Of a DNA stretch of 64,000 bases, positions 48,320 through 57,211 are shown in pieces. The notes below the pieces were generated by a model. That model was not told where the DNA came from, ran no database searches, and saw only the letters and a list, made by a program, of their open reading frames with translations. The stretch lies in IMG/VR virus record IMGVR_UViG_3300035663_000004, positions 1 to 64,000 of that record. One strand, given 5' to 3'. This DNA is from a virus. Both the position numbers and the translations under genes were made by a program. Each line of letters opens with the position of its first letter. Within the stretch, counting starts at the first letter, position 1.

Positions 48320-48442
48320 TCGTGCCAGACCCGGCTAATTGCGGCGAATCCGCCCTAATTAAGTTTTGCCGGGAAATTGAAAAAAATACCGTAACTTCGC
48401 AGCGCGAAACACACAAACCAACGCTAACGAAAAAACAATAAT

Positions 48443-48646
48443 ATGTTAACTGAAATTATCAAAAAAAACTGGCTTACTACCGCAATCGGCGTGCTGCTGA
48501 TCGGCGGCGCAATCGGTGACGCTGCCGTGTGCATCGTGAACGGCGGCGGGCTATTCGAGTGCGTGCAGGCGGCGTGGGTAGAAATCCTGGCTGCCGTCGG
48601 GTTCATTTCCGCTAAGGACGCCGCGCCGGAAATTCCGGGGAAATAA
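48443..48646 (+). CDS. Putative holin (2 TM)
   Basis: KKNWLTTAIG..GFISAKD pattern of small holins. Confidence 0.55.
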   Translation: MLTEIIKKNWLTTAIGVLLIGGAIGDAAVCIVNGGGLFECVQAAWVEILAAVGFISAKDAAPEIPGK

Positions 48647-48679
48647 CCCCCAAACTTGTAACAATCAAAACAAATATAC

Positions 48680-50104
48680 ATGCCCGCATCATATCTTCAT
48701 GGGGTAGAAACCATTGAAATCCAAAAAGGCGCGCGCCCGGTGCAAGTCGTGAAATCGGCCGTTATCGGTCTGGTCGGCATCGCTCCGAAAGGCACGCCCA
48801 ATTCGCTTACCCTGGTGCTGAATGCGCAGGAAGCCGCGACGAAGTTCGGCAGCGAACTGCCGGGGTTTTCAATTCCGCAGGCCCTGTCCGCAATCTATGC
48901 ACAGGGTGCGGGAACGGTTCTGGTAGTGAACGTTTTCGATCCGGCGACCATGACGACCGCCGTAACAAACGAAACGAAAACAATTACGAACGGCAAGGCG
49001 AAAACCACGAATGCCCCAACAAACACGGTGGTCGTGACGAACAACGCAGGCACAACGACCTACGTCGCTGGCACGGACTACTCGATTGACGACTTCGGAA
49101 ACCTGACGGTACTGAACTTCACCTCCATTGCCGAGAGTAGCGCAATTAAGTTCGCCTATTCGCACCTGAACGCATCCGCGATCACGCCGTCAGTAATTAT
49201 CGGCAGCGTGAACGGTTCCGGCGTTCGCACCGGGTTCAAGTCCCTTGCGCTGGCTTACTCGACGTTCGGATACACCCCGAAGGTGCTTATTGCGCCGAAC
49301 TACTCGCAGGAATCCACCGGAGCCGTTGCTGCTGAAATGATTGCCCAGGCCGAAGCGCTGAAGGCGGTCGCAATTATTGACACGCCGAACAACACGACGG
49401 TGGCAACGGCACTCACAGGCCGCGGGCCGTCGGGTACGCTGGCAGGCTGGAAAACCAGCAGCAAGCGCGCCGTATTGGCATACCCTAACGTGAAGGTGTA
49501 CGACGCCGCTACTGACGCCGTGCAGGTTCGCCCGTATTCCGGGTACCTCGCTGGTGTTATCGCCGCAACCGACCTGAATGAGGGTTACCATATTAGCCCG
49601 TCGAATCACGAAATTCAGGGCGTAGTCGGGCCGGAGCGTACGATCACGGCTGCAATTAACGACGCATCCACGGAGGCCAACGCGCTGAACGAAGTCGGCA
49701 TCGTGACGCAGTTCAACTCGTTTGGCACCGGCCTGCGCGTCTGGGGCAACCGCTCCGCATCGTGGCCTACCAACACAGCGCCGGATAACTTCATCCCGGT
49801 TCGCCGGACGGCTGATATCCTGCACGAATCCGTAGAATACGCGATGCTGCCGTTCATTGATAAGCCGCTGAATCAGGCTACCATTGACGCGATCCGCGAA
49901 TCCGTGAACGCGTTCATCCGTACGCTGATTCAGCGGGGCGCGCTGATTGACGGGAAATGTATCTACAACAAGGACAAGAACCCGGCAACCGAACTGGCAC
50001 TGGGACACGTCACGTTCGATATCGAGTTCCTGCCGCCGACGCCCGCCGAACGGATCACGTTCGAGAGCTTCATTGATATTAACCTTTTCCGCTCACTCGC
50101 ATAA
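48680..50104 (+). CDS. Contractile tail sheath protein (P2 FI-like)
   Basis: YLHGVETIE..SAVIGLVG, GYHISPSN, GLRVWGNR, FIPVRRT, PPTPAERITF. Confidence 0.95.
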   Translation: MPASYLHGVETIEIQKGARPVQVVKSAVIGLVGIAPKGTPNSLTLVLNAQEAATKFGSELPGFSIPQALSAIYAQGAGTVLVVNVFDPATMTTAVTNETKTITNGKAKTTNAPTNTVVVTNNAGTTTYVAGTDYSIDDFGNLTVLNFTSIAESSAIKFAYSHLNASAITPSVIIGSVNGSGVRTGFKSLALAYSTFGYTPKVLIAPNYSQESTGAVAAEMIAQAEALKAVAIIDTPNNTTVATALTGRGPSGTLAGWKTSSKRAVLAYPNVKVYDAATDAVQVRPYSGYLAGVIAATDLNEGYHISPSNHEIQGVVGPERTITAAINDASTEANALNEVGIVTQFNSFGTGLRVWGNRSASWPTNTAPDNFIPVRRTADILHESVEYAMLPFIDKPLNQATIDAIRESVNAFIRTLIQRGALIDGKCIYNKDKNPATELALGHVTFDIEFLPPTPAERITFESFIDINLFRSLA

Positions 50105-50117
50105 TTAACAGAAAAAA

Positions 50118-50636
50118 ATGAGTATTCAAGTTAACCGCCTTACCAACGCTAACGTGTACGTTGACGGCGCAAACATGATCGGGCGGGCGGAAGAGGTTAC
50201 CCTGCCGAGTATCACGCACAAGATGGTCGAGCACAAGGCGCTCGGTATGATCGGGCTGACTGAATTTTTCGCCGGGATCGACAAGATGGAGGCGAAAATT
50301 AAGTGGAACTCGTTCTACCCTGACGCGATGAAAAAGGCCGCCAACCCGGTAACGTCTGTGAAGTTGCAGGTACGATCCAGCCTGGAGGTGTACACCGCCG
50401 AAGGCCGAATTGAGCAGCAGCCGGTCGTGTGTTTCCTGACATGCCAATACAAGGGGTTCCCTATGGGCAATTTCAAGCAGCACGACAACGTCGAACTGGA
50501 AAGCAACCTTTCCGTGTATTACTGCCGTCTGGAAATCAATGGCGAAGAAATCACGGAAATTGACGTGCTGGCCAATATCTACAAGGTGGCGGGCGAGGAC
50601 ATTCTCGCGCAATACCGCAACAACCTCGGAATCTAA
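50118..50636 (+). CDS. Tail tube protein (P2 FII-like)
   Basis: NANVYVDG..GRAEEVTLP..GIDKME..EIDVLANIY. Confidence 0.92.
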   Translation: MSIQVNRLTNANVYVDGANMIGRAEEVTLPSITHKMVEHKALGMIGLTEFFAGIDKMEAKIKWNSFYPDAMKKAANPVTSVKLQVRSSLEVYTAEGRIEQQPVVCFLTCQYKGFPMGNFKQHDNVELESNLSVYYCRLEINGEEITEIDVLANIYKVAGEDILAQYRNNLGI

Positions 50637-50738
50637 TTGGAGGCCGGGGCGGCGACGAGGAAAAAAAGCCGAAAAGCCCGGCGCGTGCATAACGTGCCGG
50701 GCTTAACTACGGATATTACACATACCAACACACACACT

Positions 50739-50990
50739 ATGACAGAAATCACACTACCGTCCGGGGCGACGGCAACGATCGAGCCGGGGAAAGGTCGGCA
50801 CGTTCGACAGGCGCAGAAAATGAGTGAGGGCGACAATTCCATGTATCTGAACTGCATGATGGCGCAACTTGTAACGGTGAACGGTGCGCGCCTGGTTCCT
50901 GAGGACTTCGACGAAATGCCGGCCGGTGACTACTTTGAGTTGCTGGCGAAATTTTCGGAGCAAAATTTTTCGTCAGCCCAAAGCAAATGA
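50739..50990 (+). CDS. Tail assembly chaperone GpE (FluMu gp41-like)
   Basis: Start MTEITLPSG at 50739; EDFDEMPAGDY; lies between tube and tape measure. Confidence 0.8.
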   Translation: MTEITLPSGATATIEPGKGRHVRQAQKMSEGDNSMYLNCMMAQLVTVNGARLVPEDFDEMPAGDYFELLAKFSEQNFSSAQSK

Positions 50991-51112
50991 TGTTTCTCGC
51001 GCATTTTTCCGGCTGGTCGTACAGCGATATAATGGAAATGCCGAGCGATGAGTTGTTTTTTTGGGCTGTCGAAGCCGAAAAATTGCACCGCGAAATCAAT
51101 AGAACAGAATAA
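50963..51112 (+). CDS. GpE' extension reached by -1 programmed frameshift
   Basis: Slippery A_AAT_TTT at 50963-69; -1 frame reads FVSPKQMMFLAHFSGWSYSDIMEMPSDELFFW..*, a typical E' motif. Confidence 0.8.
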   Translation, partial: KFFVSPKQMMFLAHFSGWSYSDIMEMPSDELFFWAVEAEKLHREINRTE

Positions 51113-51132
51113 TACCACACACACCCGCACCA

Positions 51133-53169
51133 ATGCAAAGGGTACTTGAAGTTGCCGTAATACTTTCCGCCGTTGACCGTATGACCCGCGTGGTTAATAC
51201 GGCTACCGCGAACGTTGTGGCGAAACTTCAGCACGTGGAAACGCGTGCGCAGCGAATATCGAAGCAGTCGTTCGCGATGGGGCGGGATATGGGCGCAATG
51301 GGCATTGCTGCCGGGGCCGCGCTGGCTGTTCCGATCAAGAAGGCCGCCGAGTTCGAGACGGGTATGGCGAATATACGCAAGGTCGTGGAGGGGTTATCCG
51401 ACCCGAAAGCGCTCGCTTCATTCGGCGCGGAAATCCGAAACCTTGCGCGCGAAATACCAATACCAATAGACCAACTTCAGGAACTTGTTGCGGCGGGCGG
51501 TCGCATGGGAATACCGCGTGACCAACTGATAGCGTACACGCGTGAAGTCTCGAAAATGGCGACGGCATTCGACGCCGCACCGGGGGAGATCGGCGAACAG
51601 ATGGGAAAGTTAGCGACGGTGTATAATATTCCGATACCGCAGATCGGGAAATTAGGCGATGCGATTAATTACCTGGACGACAACGCAATCGCGAAGGGTA
51701 CGGATATTATAGACGTTATGCGGCGCGTCGGCGGTACGGCGCAACAGGTGGGCCTGGGCGCTAATAACGTCGCAGCGCTGGCGTCCACGTTCCTGACGCT
51801 GGGTTCGTCGGCGGAGGTATCTGCGACGGCATCCAACGCGCTGATCCGCGAACTTGCAATAGCGGAGCAGCAGCCGAAGCGTTTCCAAACCGGGCTTCGC
51901 GCGCTGGGTATATCCGCGTCCGAATTGCAGAAAAATATGTCTATTGACCCGCAAAATACTATTTTGGGGGTACTCGACAAATTGAACGCGCTGCCGCAGG
52001 AGCAGCGCATCGGGGTTACTACCCAATTATTCGGCAAGGAATACGGCGATGACGTCGCGCGGTTGTCGTCTGGCATCGGCGAATACCGTCGGCAACTCGG
52101 ACTATTGAACGACCCGAAATTAGGCGGTTCTATGCAGCGCGAATTTGCCCTGCGACAACAGACGGCCAACGCTCAAATGCAGATATTCCGCAACAACGTG
52201 CAGAGCGTATCCATTGCGTTTGGTTCGGCGTTGTTACCGCACCTTAACAAGGTTATGCAGGCGCTTACGCCGATTATTATTAAGTTCGGCGCGTGGATTG
52301 ACCGGAATCAAAAACTTGCGGGCGGTATTGGCATGGCTATTGCGGCGTTCGCGGCATTCAGCCTGGCAACGTCCGGCGTTATGTACATTGTCGGCGGCGT
52401 TGCGAAAGCGATAGAGTTCGGTTCTATGGTTATGGGGCCGCTGACGAAGGGGCTGGGGTTCGTAGTTAAGGCGTTCAATATATTACGACTTGCTGTTCTG
52501 GCTAACCCGGTTATCGCAATCATAACCGGTATCGCCGTGGCGGCATTCATAATCTATAAGAACTGGGACAAGATCGGGCCGTGGCTGGCGAAGTTGTGGG
52601 AGAACGTGAAAAAAATATTTTGGAAATTCTGGGAATGGTTGAAAAACTTTTTTCTGAACTATCACCCGTACGGGCTGATTATCAAGCACTGGGGGAAAAT
52701 AATGGAGATCGGAAAAATGTTCTACAACGCCGGGGTGAACATAATTAAGTCACTGTGGAACGGTATCAAGTCGCTGGCTATGAAGCCGGTTGAAGCGATC
52801 CGGGACGTGGTGACGAAAATGCGCGACTACCTGCCGTTTTCGCCCGCGAAGGTGGGGCCGTTCCGCGACCTGCACAAGGTGCGAATCGTGGAAACAATCG
52901 CGCAGGCAATCGTACCGCGTCCGCTTACAATGGCGATGGGTACGGTCGCCCGCGCTGCCGCCGACGTGCTGAATCCGGTCGGGCCGTCACTTGCGCCCGC
53001 TGCATCCGGCGGCGGTGTTACGATTAATTTCCAGCCGAACATTACGTGGACGGGCGGTGTGACAGAACAATCGAAAACAGACCTGCTGGCAATATTCCGG
53101 CAATACGAGGGCGAACTGGTTAAGATGGTGGAATTGGCGATGGAAAAGAAAAACAGAACGCGATATTAA
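51133..53169 (+). CDS. Tail tape measure protein
   Basis: AAEFETGMANIRKV, LGDAINYL, LFGKEY, ANPV..IYKNWD. Confidence 0.93.
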   Translation: MQRVLEVAVILSAVDRMTRVVNTATANVVAKLQHVETRAQRISKQSFAMGRDMGAMGIAAGAALAVPIKKAAEFETGMANIRKVVEGLSDPKALASFGAEIRNLAREIPIPIDQLQELVAAGGRMGIPRDQLIAYTREVSKMATAFDAAPGEIGEQMGKLATVYNIPIPQIGKLGDAINYLDDNAIAKGTDIIDVMRRVGGTAQQVGLGANNVAALASTFLTLGSSAEVSATASNALIRELAIAEQQPKRFQTGLRALGISASELQKNMSIDPQNTILGVLDKLNALPQEQRIGVTTQLFGKEYGDDVARLSSGIGEYRRQLGLLNDPKLGGSMQREFALRQQTANAQMQIFRNNVQSVSIAFGSALLPHLNKVMQALTPIIIKFGAWIDRNQKLAGGIGMAIAAFAAFSLATSGVMYIVGGVAKAIEFGSMVMGPLTKGLGFVVKAFNILRLAVLANPVIAIITGIAVAAFIIYKNWDKIGPWLAKLWENVKKIFWKFWEWLKNFFLNYHPYGLIIKHWGKIMEIGKMFYNAGVNIIKSLWNGIKSLAMKPVEAIRDVVTKMRDYLPFSPAKVGPFRDLHKVRIVETIAQAIVPRPLTMAMGTVARAAADVLNPVGPSLAPAASGGGVTINFQPNITWTGGVTEQSKTDLLAIFRQYEGELVKMVELAMEKKNRTRY

Positions 53170-53170
53170 T

Positions 53171-53455
53171 ATGTTATACCCGGATATTGACCACGCTAAC
53201 ACAAAGTTCCAGGCGCTCGACACGCTGCCTGCAATGGTGCAACAGGTACTAATCGCTGAACGCCGCGTATTCATGACGGAGATGTACCGCGATGGTGTGC
53301 GGTTTTCCGGTACGCTGATCGCGAGGCCAAAAGACTGGAACGACGCGCGCCGCATTGCATACGAGCGCGGGCTGGGCGAAACGGTGGAAGGGTGCATTGA
53401 GGATATTATTCGGGGTGTTTGCCCGCAAAAAAAACTTACACTAAGTGTAAATTAA
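53171..53455 (+). CDS. Hypothetical protein
   Basis: 94-aa ORF between tape measure and GpU. Confidence 0.5.
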   Translation: MLYPDIDHANTKFQALDTLPAMVQQVLIAERRVFMTEMYRDGVRFSGTLIARPKDWNDARRIAYERGLGETVEGCIEDIIRGVCPQKKLTLSVN

Positions 53456-53461
53456 AAAGAA

Positions 53462-54319
53462 ATGTACCAACTCGGCGATATACAATTTGAGGGGCTGCGG
53501 GGCTTGGACTCGCTGAGCAAGACGCGTGAAGCCGTCTATGCAGAACTTCCGCTAATGTCCGGGAAACCGCGACTTCAGCGCACGGGTACGGCATTGCAGA
53601 CCGTTTCGGTATCTGTATCATTGCACGCCGCATTCACTGATCCAGCTGCAGATATTGCAGCGCTGGACGCGTATCGCGAAGCAGGCGAAGTGCTGCCGCT
53701 GATCACCGGCGAGGGCGAGGTGGTCGGGGACTTCGTGATAATTTCCATTGAAGAAACCGTCACGCAGACGACGCCGACCGGCCGCACAATCAGCGCGCAG
53801 GTGACTATGTCGCTGAAAGAATACAACGACCCGAACAAGTCGGTAACGCTGGCACAGGCGGCACAGTCTGCAGCGTTCGCCGTCGGGGCCGACAAGGTCG
53901 TGCCTGTTCGCCTGGTACGCCCTCCGGTTACGGAAATGTCCGTCACTTCGCAGCAGGTGGAGGCCGGTAACGCCGCATCGCGTGACAGTATCGCGACCCT
54001 GCGAAAAGCGCCGTTGAACACGCCGCAGCAGGCGTCCCTGCTGGTGCGCGCAAAAAAGGTTCTGGAGGCTGCCGAAGCCGCATACAAGTCGGCGAAAGAC
54101 GCTGTATCTGCATCCGCTAATCTGGCTGCGAAAGCGCCGCAATTATCCGCACAACTTGACGGCGTCTTGGCAGTGGTCACTACGCTGGCTGCGCAGATCG
54201 CATCGGGTAACGTCGCCAACGCGCTGACGGCTGCCGATGCACTCGAAGCCGCACTGCCTGGACTGGCTGACGCCGTTCGCCCGCTGAATGCAATACTAAT
54301 GACCCGGCAACCGCAATAG
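53462..54319 (+). CDS. P2 GpU-like tail protein with Ala-rich C-terminal extension
   Basis: MYQLGDIQF, KPRLQRTG, LPLITGEG..GDFVI..LKEY. Confidence 0.85.
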   Translation: MYQLGDIQFEGLRGLDSLSKTREAVYAELPLMSGKPRLQRTGTALQTVSVSVSLHAAFTDPAADIAALDAYREAGEVLPLITGEGEVVGDFVIISIEETVTQTTPTGRTISAQVTMSLKEYNDPNKSVTLAQAAQSAAFAVGADKVVPVRLVRPPVTEMSVTSQQVEAGNAASRDSIATLRKAPLNTPQQASLLVRAKKVLEAAEAAYKSAKDAVSASANLAAKAPQLSAQLDGVLAVVTTLAAQIASGNVANALTAADALEAALPGLADAVRPLNAILMTRQPQ

Positions 54320-54321
54320 AT

Positions 54322-54543
54322 ATGCCTTACACCGAATACATCACGAACGAGGGCGACCGCCTGGATATGATAGCGTACAAGGCGTACGGCGACCCGTTCG
54401 CCTGGGCTGACGTATTGCAGGCTAATTCGGCGCTGCCTATTCAGGCTGAATATCCGGCTGGCATCCGCGTGATGGTTCCGATATTGGAGCAGGCCGCTGC
54501 AACGCAGCCCGCTGCTAACCTGTTACCGCCTTGGAAGCGTTGA
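54322..54543 (+). CDS. Tail protein X (LysM-like)
   Basis: GDRLDMIAYKAYG..AN..LPPWKR. Confidence 0.9.
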   Translation: MPYTEYITNEGDRLDMIAYKAYGDPFAWADVLQANSALPIQAEYPAGIRVMVPILEQAAATQPAANLLPPWKR

Positions 54544-54547
54544 AAGT

Positions 54548-55528
54548 ATGAAAGTACGGGAAATAGCCTATAAGATAACCTACAATAATAAGGACGTAAC
54601 GGCCGACCTGACGCCGTACGTTACGGGGGTGACGTACACAGATAAGACGGAAGGCGAATCAGACACGATCGAAATACAACTTGAAGATACGGACGGGCTA
54701 TGGCGCGGGGCATGGTATCCGACGAAGGGCGATACATTGCAGGTGGAGGCCGGATATACCGACCTGCTGCTGCCGTGCGGCGTTTTTCAGATAGACGAAA
54801 TAGAAATAAGCGGGCCGCCGGACGTGGTATCAATCCGGGGCATGGCAACGGGCACGCAGCCCGCAATCCGCACGCGCAACAATTCGGCGCACGAAAACAA
54901 GACACTGCGGGAAATTGCCAATACCATTGGAGGCGCTCACGGGCTGACTGTGCAGGGTGAAATCGAAGAAATCCGAATCAATCGCGCAACACAATATCGG
55001 GAAACCGACCTTGCGTTCCTTAAGCGCATATCGTGGAAGTACGGGCATGTTTTCAGCGTTCGCGGGGACTTGCTGGTGTTCCAGACAATCTATGGACTGG
55101 AAGGCGCTGACGCGGTGTCTGAAGTTGACCGCACCGACCTGATACGGTACAGCCTGACGGATAAGACCGCCGAAACGTATAAGGCTGCGGAGGTGAAGTA
55201 CCACGATCCGGTACAGAAAAAAGTTATCCGCCACACGGAGACGGCGACGGCTGCCGATACGTCCGGCGATACCCTGGTACTGCAATGCAAGGCGGAAACG
55301 CCAACGCAGGCGCAGGCGCAGGCAAGGGCGGCGCTACACAGGGCGAACACGCGGCGGCAATCCGGCAGCCTGTCCCTGCCTGGTGATCCGCTGCTGGTGG
55401 CTGGCAGCAATTTCACGCTCACGGGGCTGGGCGTATTATCCGGCATGTATCATATCGAAGAAAGCAGGCACTCGCTATCACGCGCAAGCGGATATACGAC
55501 CGACCTGACGGTGAAAAAGGTCGGCTGA
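54548..55528 (+). CDS. Baseplate hub / late control protein D
   Basis: YTDKTEGESD, CGVFQIDE, QYRETDLAFL, GDPLLVAG, GYTT. Confidence 0.9.
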   Translation: MKVREIAYKITYNNKDVTADLTPYVTGVTYTDKTEGESDTIEIQLEDTDGLWRGAWYPTKGDTLQVEAGYTDLLLPCGVFQIDEIEISGPPDVVSIRGMATGTQPAIRTRNNSAHENKTLREIANTIGGAHGLTVQGEIEEIRINRATQYRETDLAFLKRISWKYGHVFSVRGDLLVFQTIYGLEGADAVSEVDRTDLIRYSLTDKTAETYKAAEVKYHDPVQKKVIRHTETATAADTSGDTLVLQCKAETPTQAQAQARAALHRANTRRQSGSLSLPGDPLLVAGSNFTLTGLGVLSGMYHIEESRHSLSRASGYTTDLTVKKVG

Positions 55529-55620
55529 CCATTTTGGCATCGAAAAATGGTCGTATTTTTAACGTTCATTGTACATTTTTGACGTTCGTTATATTTTTTG
55601 AAAAAAAGTTACAAAAAAAC

Positions 55621-55651
55621 TTGCGCGTATTTGCATAACGCAGTATCTTTG
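55621..55651 (+). promoter_or_regulatory. Moron promoter (TTG -33 / TATCTTTG -7) overlapped by an operator-like palindrome
   Basis: TTG 55621-23, TATCTTTG 55644-51, 20-nt spacer. Confidence 0.7.
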
Positions 55652-55698
55652 TATCATCAAACAAACAAAATATTTTTTACTCACTAATTTTTTGAGAC

Positions 55699-55959
55699 AT
55701 GAAAAAGGTTTTTATTTCACTGTACGGTACTGTTTCTTTCACCCCCAATGCTACAACAGTTGCCACTGCGTTAATGCACTGCAACAAGCCGCGTAAGTAC
55801 GCAGAGGCGGCAGAAATCGCAACTATGAACGCGAAAAGCGTTTCTGATATTGAAAAAATGGATTTTGATTGGATGAATCGCTGTATTCAATCTGTTGCGG
55901 GCGGAAACGTGTTTTGGTATTTTTCCAACGTGAAGCCGATAGCACTCTCTCACTCTTAA
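55699..55959 (+). CDS. Moron-encoded hypothetical protein
   Basis: 86 aa, AT-richer than flanks, own promoter. Confidence 0.6.
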   Translation: MKKVFISLYGTVSFTPNATTVATALMHCNKPRKYAEAAEIATMNAKSVSDIEKMDFDWMNRCIQSVAGGNVFWYFSNVKPIALSHS

Positions 55960-55964
55960 TTTTC

Positions 55965-56055
55965 GCCCGGATTGGCAGCCGGACTTGGAGGAAGCGGCAA
56001 CCTTAATCGGTTCTGAAGGCGGTTTTTACACGCGGTTCGAATCCGCATCCGGGCA
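55965..56055 (+). ncRNA. tRNA-like RNA (intact acceptor stem and T-arm, non-canonical D/anticodon arms)
   Basis: GCCCGGA...GCGG-TTCGAAT-CCGC-A-TCCGGGC-A. Confidence 0.6.
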
Positions 56056-56107
56056 CACGAGGACTTATCATGGGATCTCGGCAAACGAGCCGGGGAAATT
56101 GGTTCTG

Positions 56108-56139
56108 GGACGCGCTGACTGCTGGCGCGTCCTTTTTTT
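56108..56139 (+). terminator. Intrinsic terminator
   Basis: ggacgcgct-N7-ggcgcgtcc followed by T7. Confidence 0.75.
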
Positions 56140-56159
56140 GTCACCAACACACACACAAT

Positions 56160-56387
56160 ATGATCGAACTAACGCATCACGTCGGACAAATTTTCCTGCA
56201 CCGTTCCGGCGCTCAGTACCGCATTACGGCGGCGTACGGCGGACACGGTTCAATACCGGAAATCTATCACCTAACCATGCACAAACCGACCTCCGCAATT
56301 TTGCGGGCTGACCAATGGAAAATATGCGTAACTTTGCCTGAGCTGCAGGGCGAATTTCAACACCTTGCGCACTTGGATATTGCTTAA
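56160..56387 (+). CDS. Hypothetical protein
   Basis: Start MIELTHH after a CA-rich leader. Confidence 0.45.
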   Translation: MIELTHHVGQIFLHRSGAQYRITAAYGGHGSIPEIYHLTMHKPTSAILRADQWKICVTLPELQGEFQHLAHLDIA

Positions 56388-56901
56388 GTACGGAAACATC
56401 TGTGACATTGACGCGGCCAACGGACTGGCACGCGTTCAATTCGATGACGACGGCGTCACGTCGGGCTGGCTGCCCGTCGTGACGCTTGGCGCGTCCGGCA
56501 ATTCGTATTCGCACGCGTTCGACGTGAACGAGCATGTAGCGTGCCTGATGGATGAGGACGCGGAGAACGGCGTTATTCTGGGCGCTATCTACTCGCAGGC
56601 GCAGCAACCAGACGGCGGCAACAAGGACAAGGTGCGGGTGAAATTCACGGACGGCGCAAGCGTCCAGTACGACCGCGCGGCGTCGAAATTGTCTGTCAAG
56701 GTCGGCACGACAGAACTGGATATTACTGAGGACGGGTTCGTGGTGAAGCGGGGCAGCGAAACGCTGAAGGCAATTATATCCGACCTGATAGACGCGATAC
56801 TGGCGGAAACACACCCGACCGGGGTAGGGCCGTCGGGAACGCCGATCAATGCGGCGCAATACACGGCAATCAAGAACAGGCTTCCTAATCTGTTCGATTA
56901 A
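56380..56901 (+). CDS. Baseplate spike protein V
   Basis: ARVQF..SGWLPV..VNEHV..GVILGAIY, FTDGASVQYD; likely TTG start at 56380. Confidence 0.9.
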   Translation: MLKYGNICDIDAANGLARVQFDDDGVTSGWLPVVTLGASGNSYSHAFDVNEHVACLMDEDAENGVILGAIYSQAQQPDGGNKDKVRVKFTDGASVQYDRAASKLSVKVGTTELDITEDGFVVKRGSETLKAIISDLIDAILAETHPTGVGPSGTPINAAQYTAIKNRLPNLFD

Positions 56902-56965
56902 CGCCGGAAGCAGCCCTCGGAACGCCGCCGAAAATATCTGCGAAAAAAAACGTATCTTTGCGCCC

Positions 56966-57211
56966 ATGCCACTATCGAAGACAGAACTGAAAAACACCAT
57001 CAAAACCGCGCTGGCGGCGAACATCACGAATACCACGTCGTTCGACGGGGCGATTGACGCGCTGGCGGCCGCAATCGCCAACGCGGTGGCGAAGGCTGTG
57101 GACGACTACGTCACGACGGCAACCGTCACCAATATCCCCGTGCTGGTATCGCCTGCTGGCGCCGTCACCGGCACAATTTCAACCACCATTGCGGGCATGA
57201 TAACGCCATGA
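56966..57211 (+). CDS. Small baseplate-associated protein
   Basis: MPLSKTELK..LAAAIANAVAKAVDDYV; between V and W. Confidence 0.6.
   Translation: MPLSKTELKNTIKTALAANITNTTSFDGAIDALAAAIANAVAKAVDDYVTTATVTNIPVLVSPAGAVTGTISTTIAGMITP

Noticed and set aside
50645-50712. Hammerhead-like look (GACGA-GG..CC-GAAA, long hairpin, TA) after the tube gene
   Set aside because: Core reads GCGACGA, not CUGANGA, and no helix I can form; treated as a plain hairpin
55985-56311. 108-aa ORF from the track
   Set aside because: Runs through the tRNA-like structure and a terminator, with a weak TTG start
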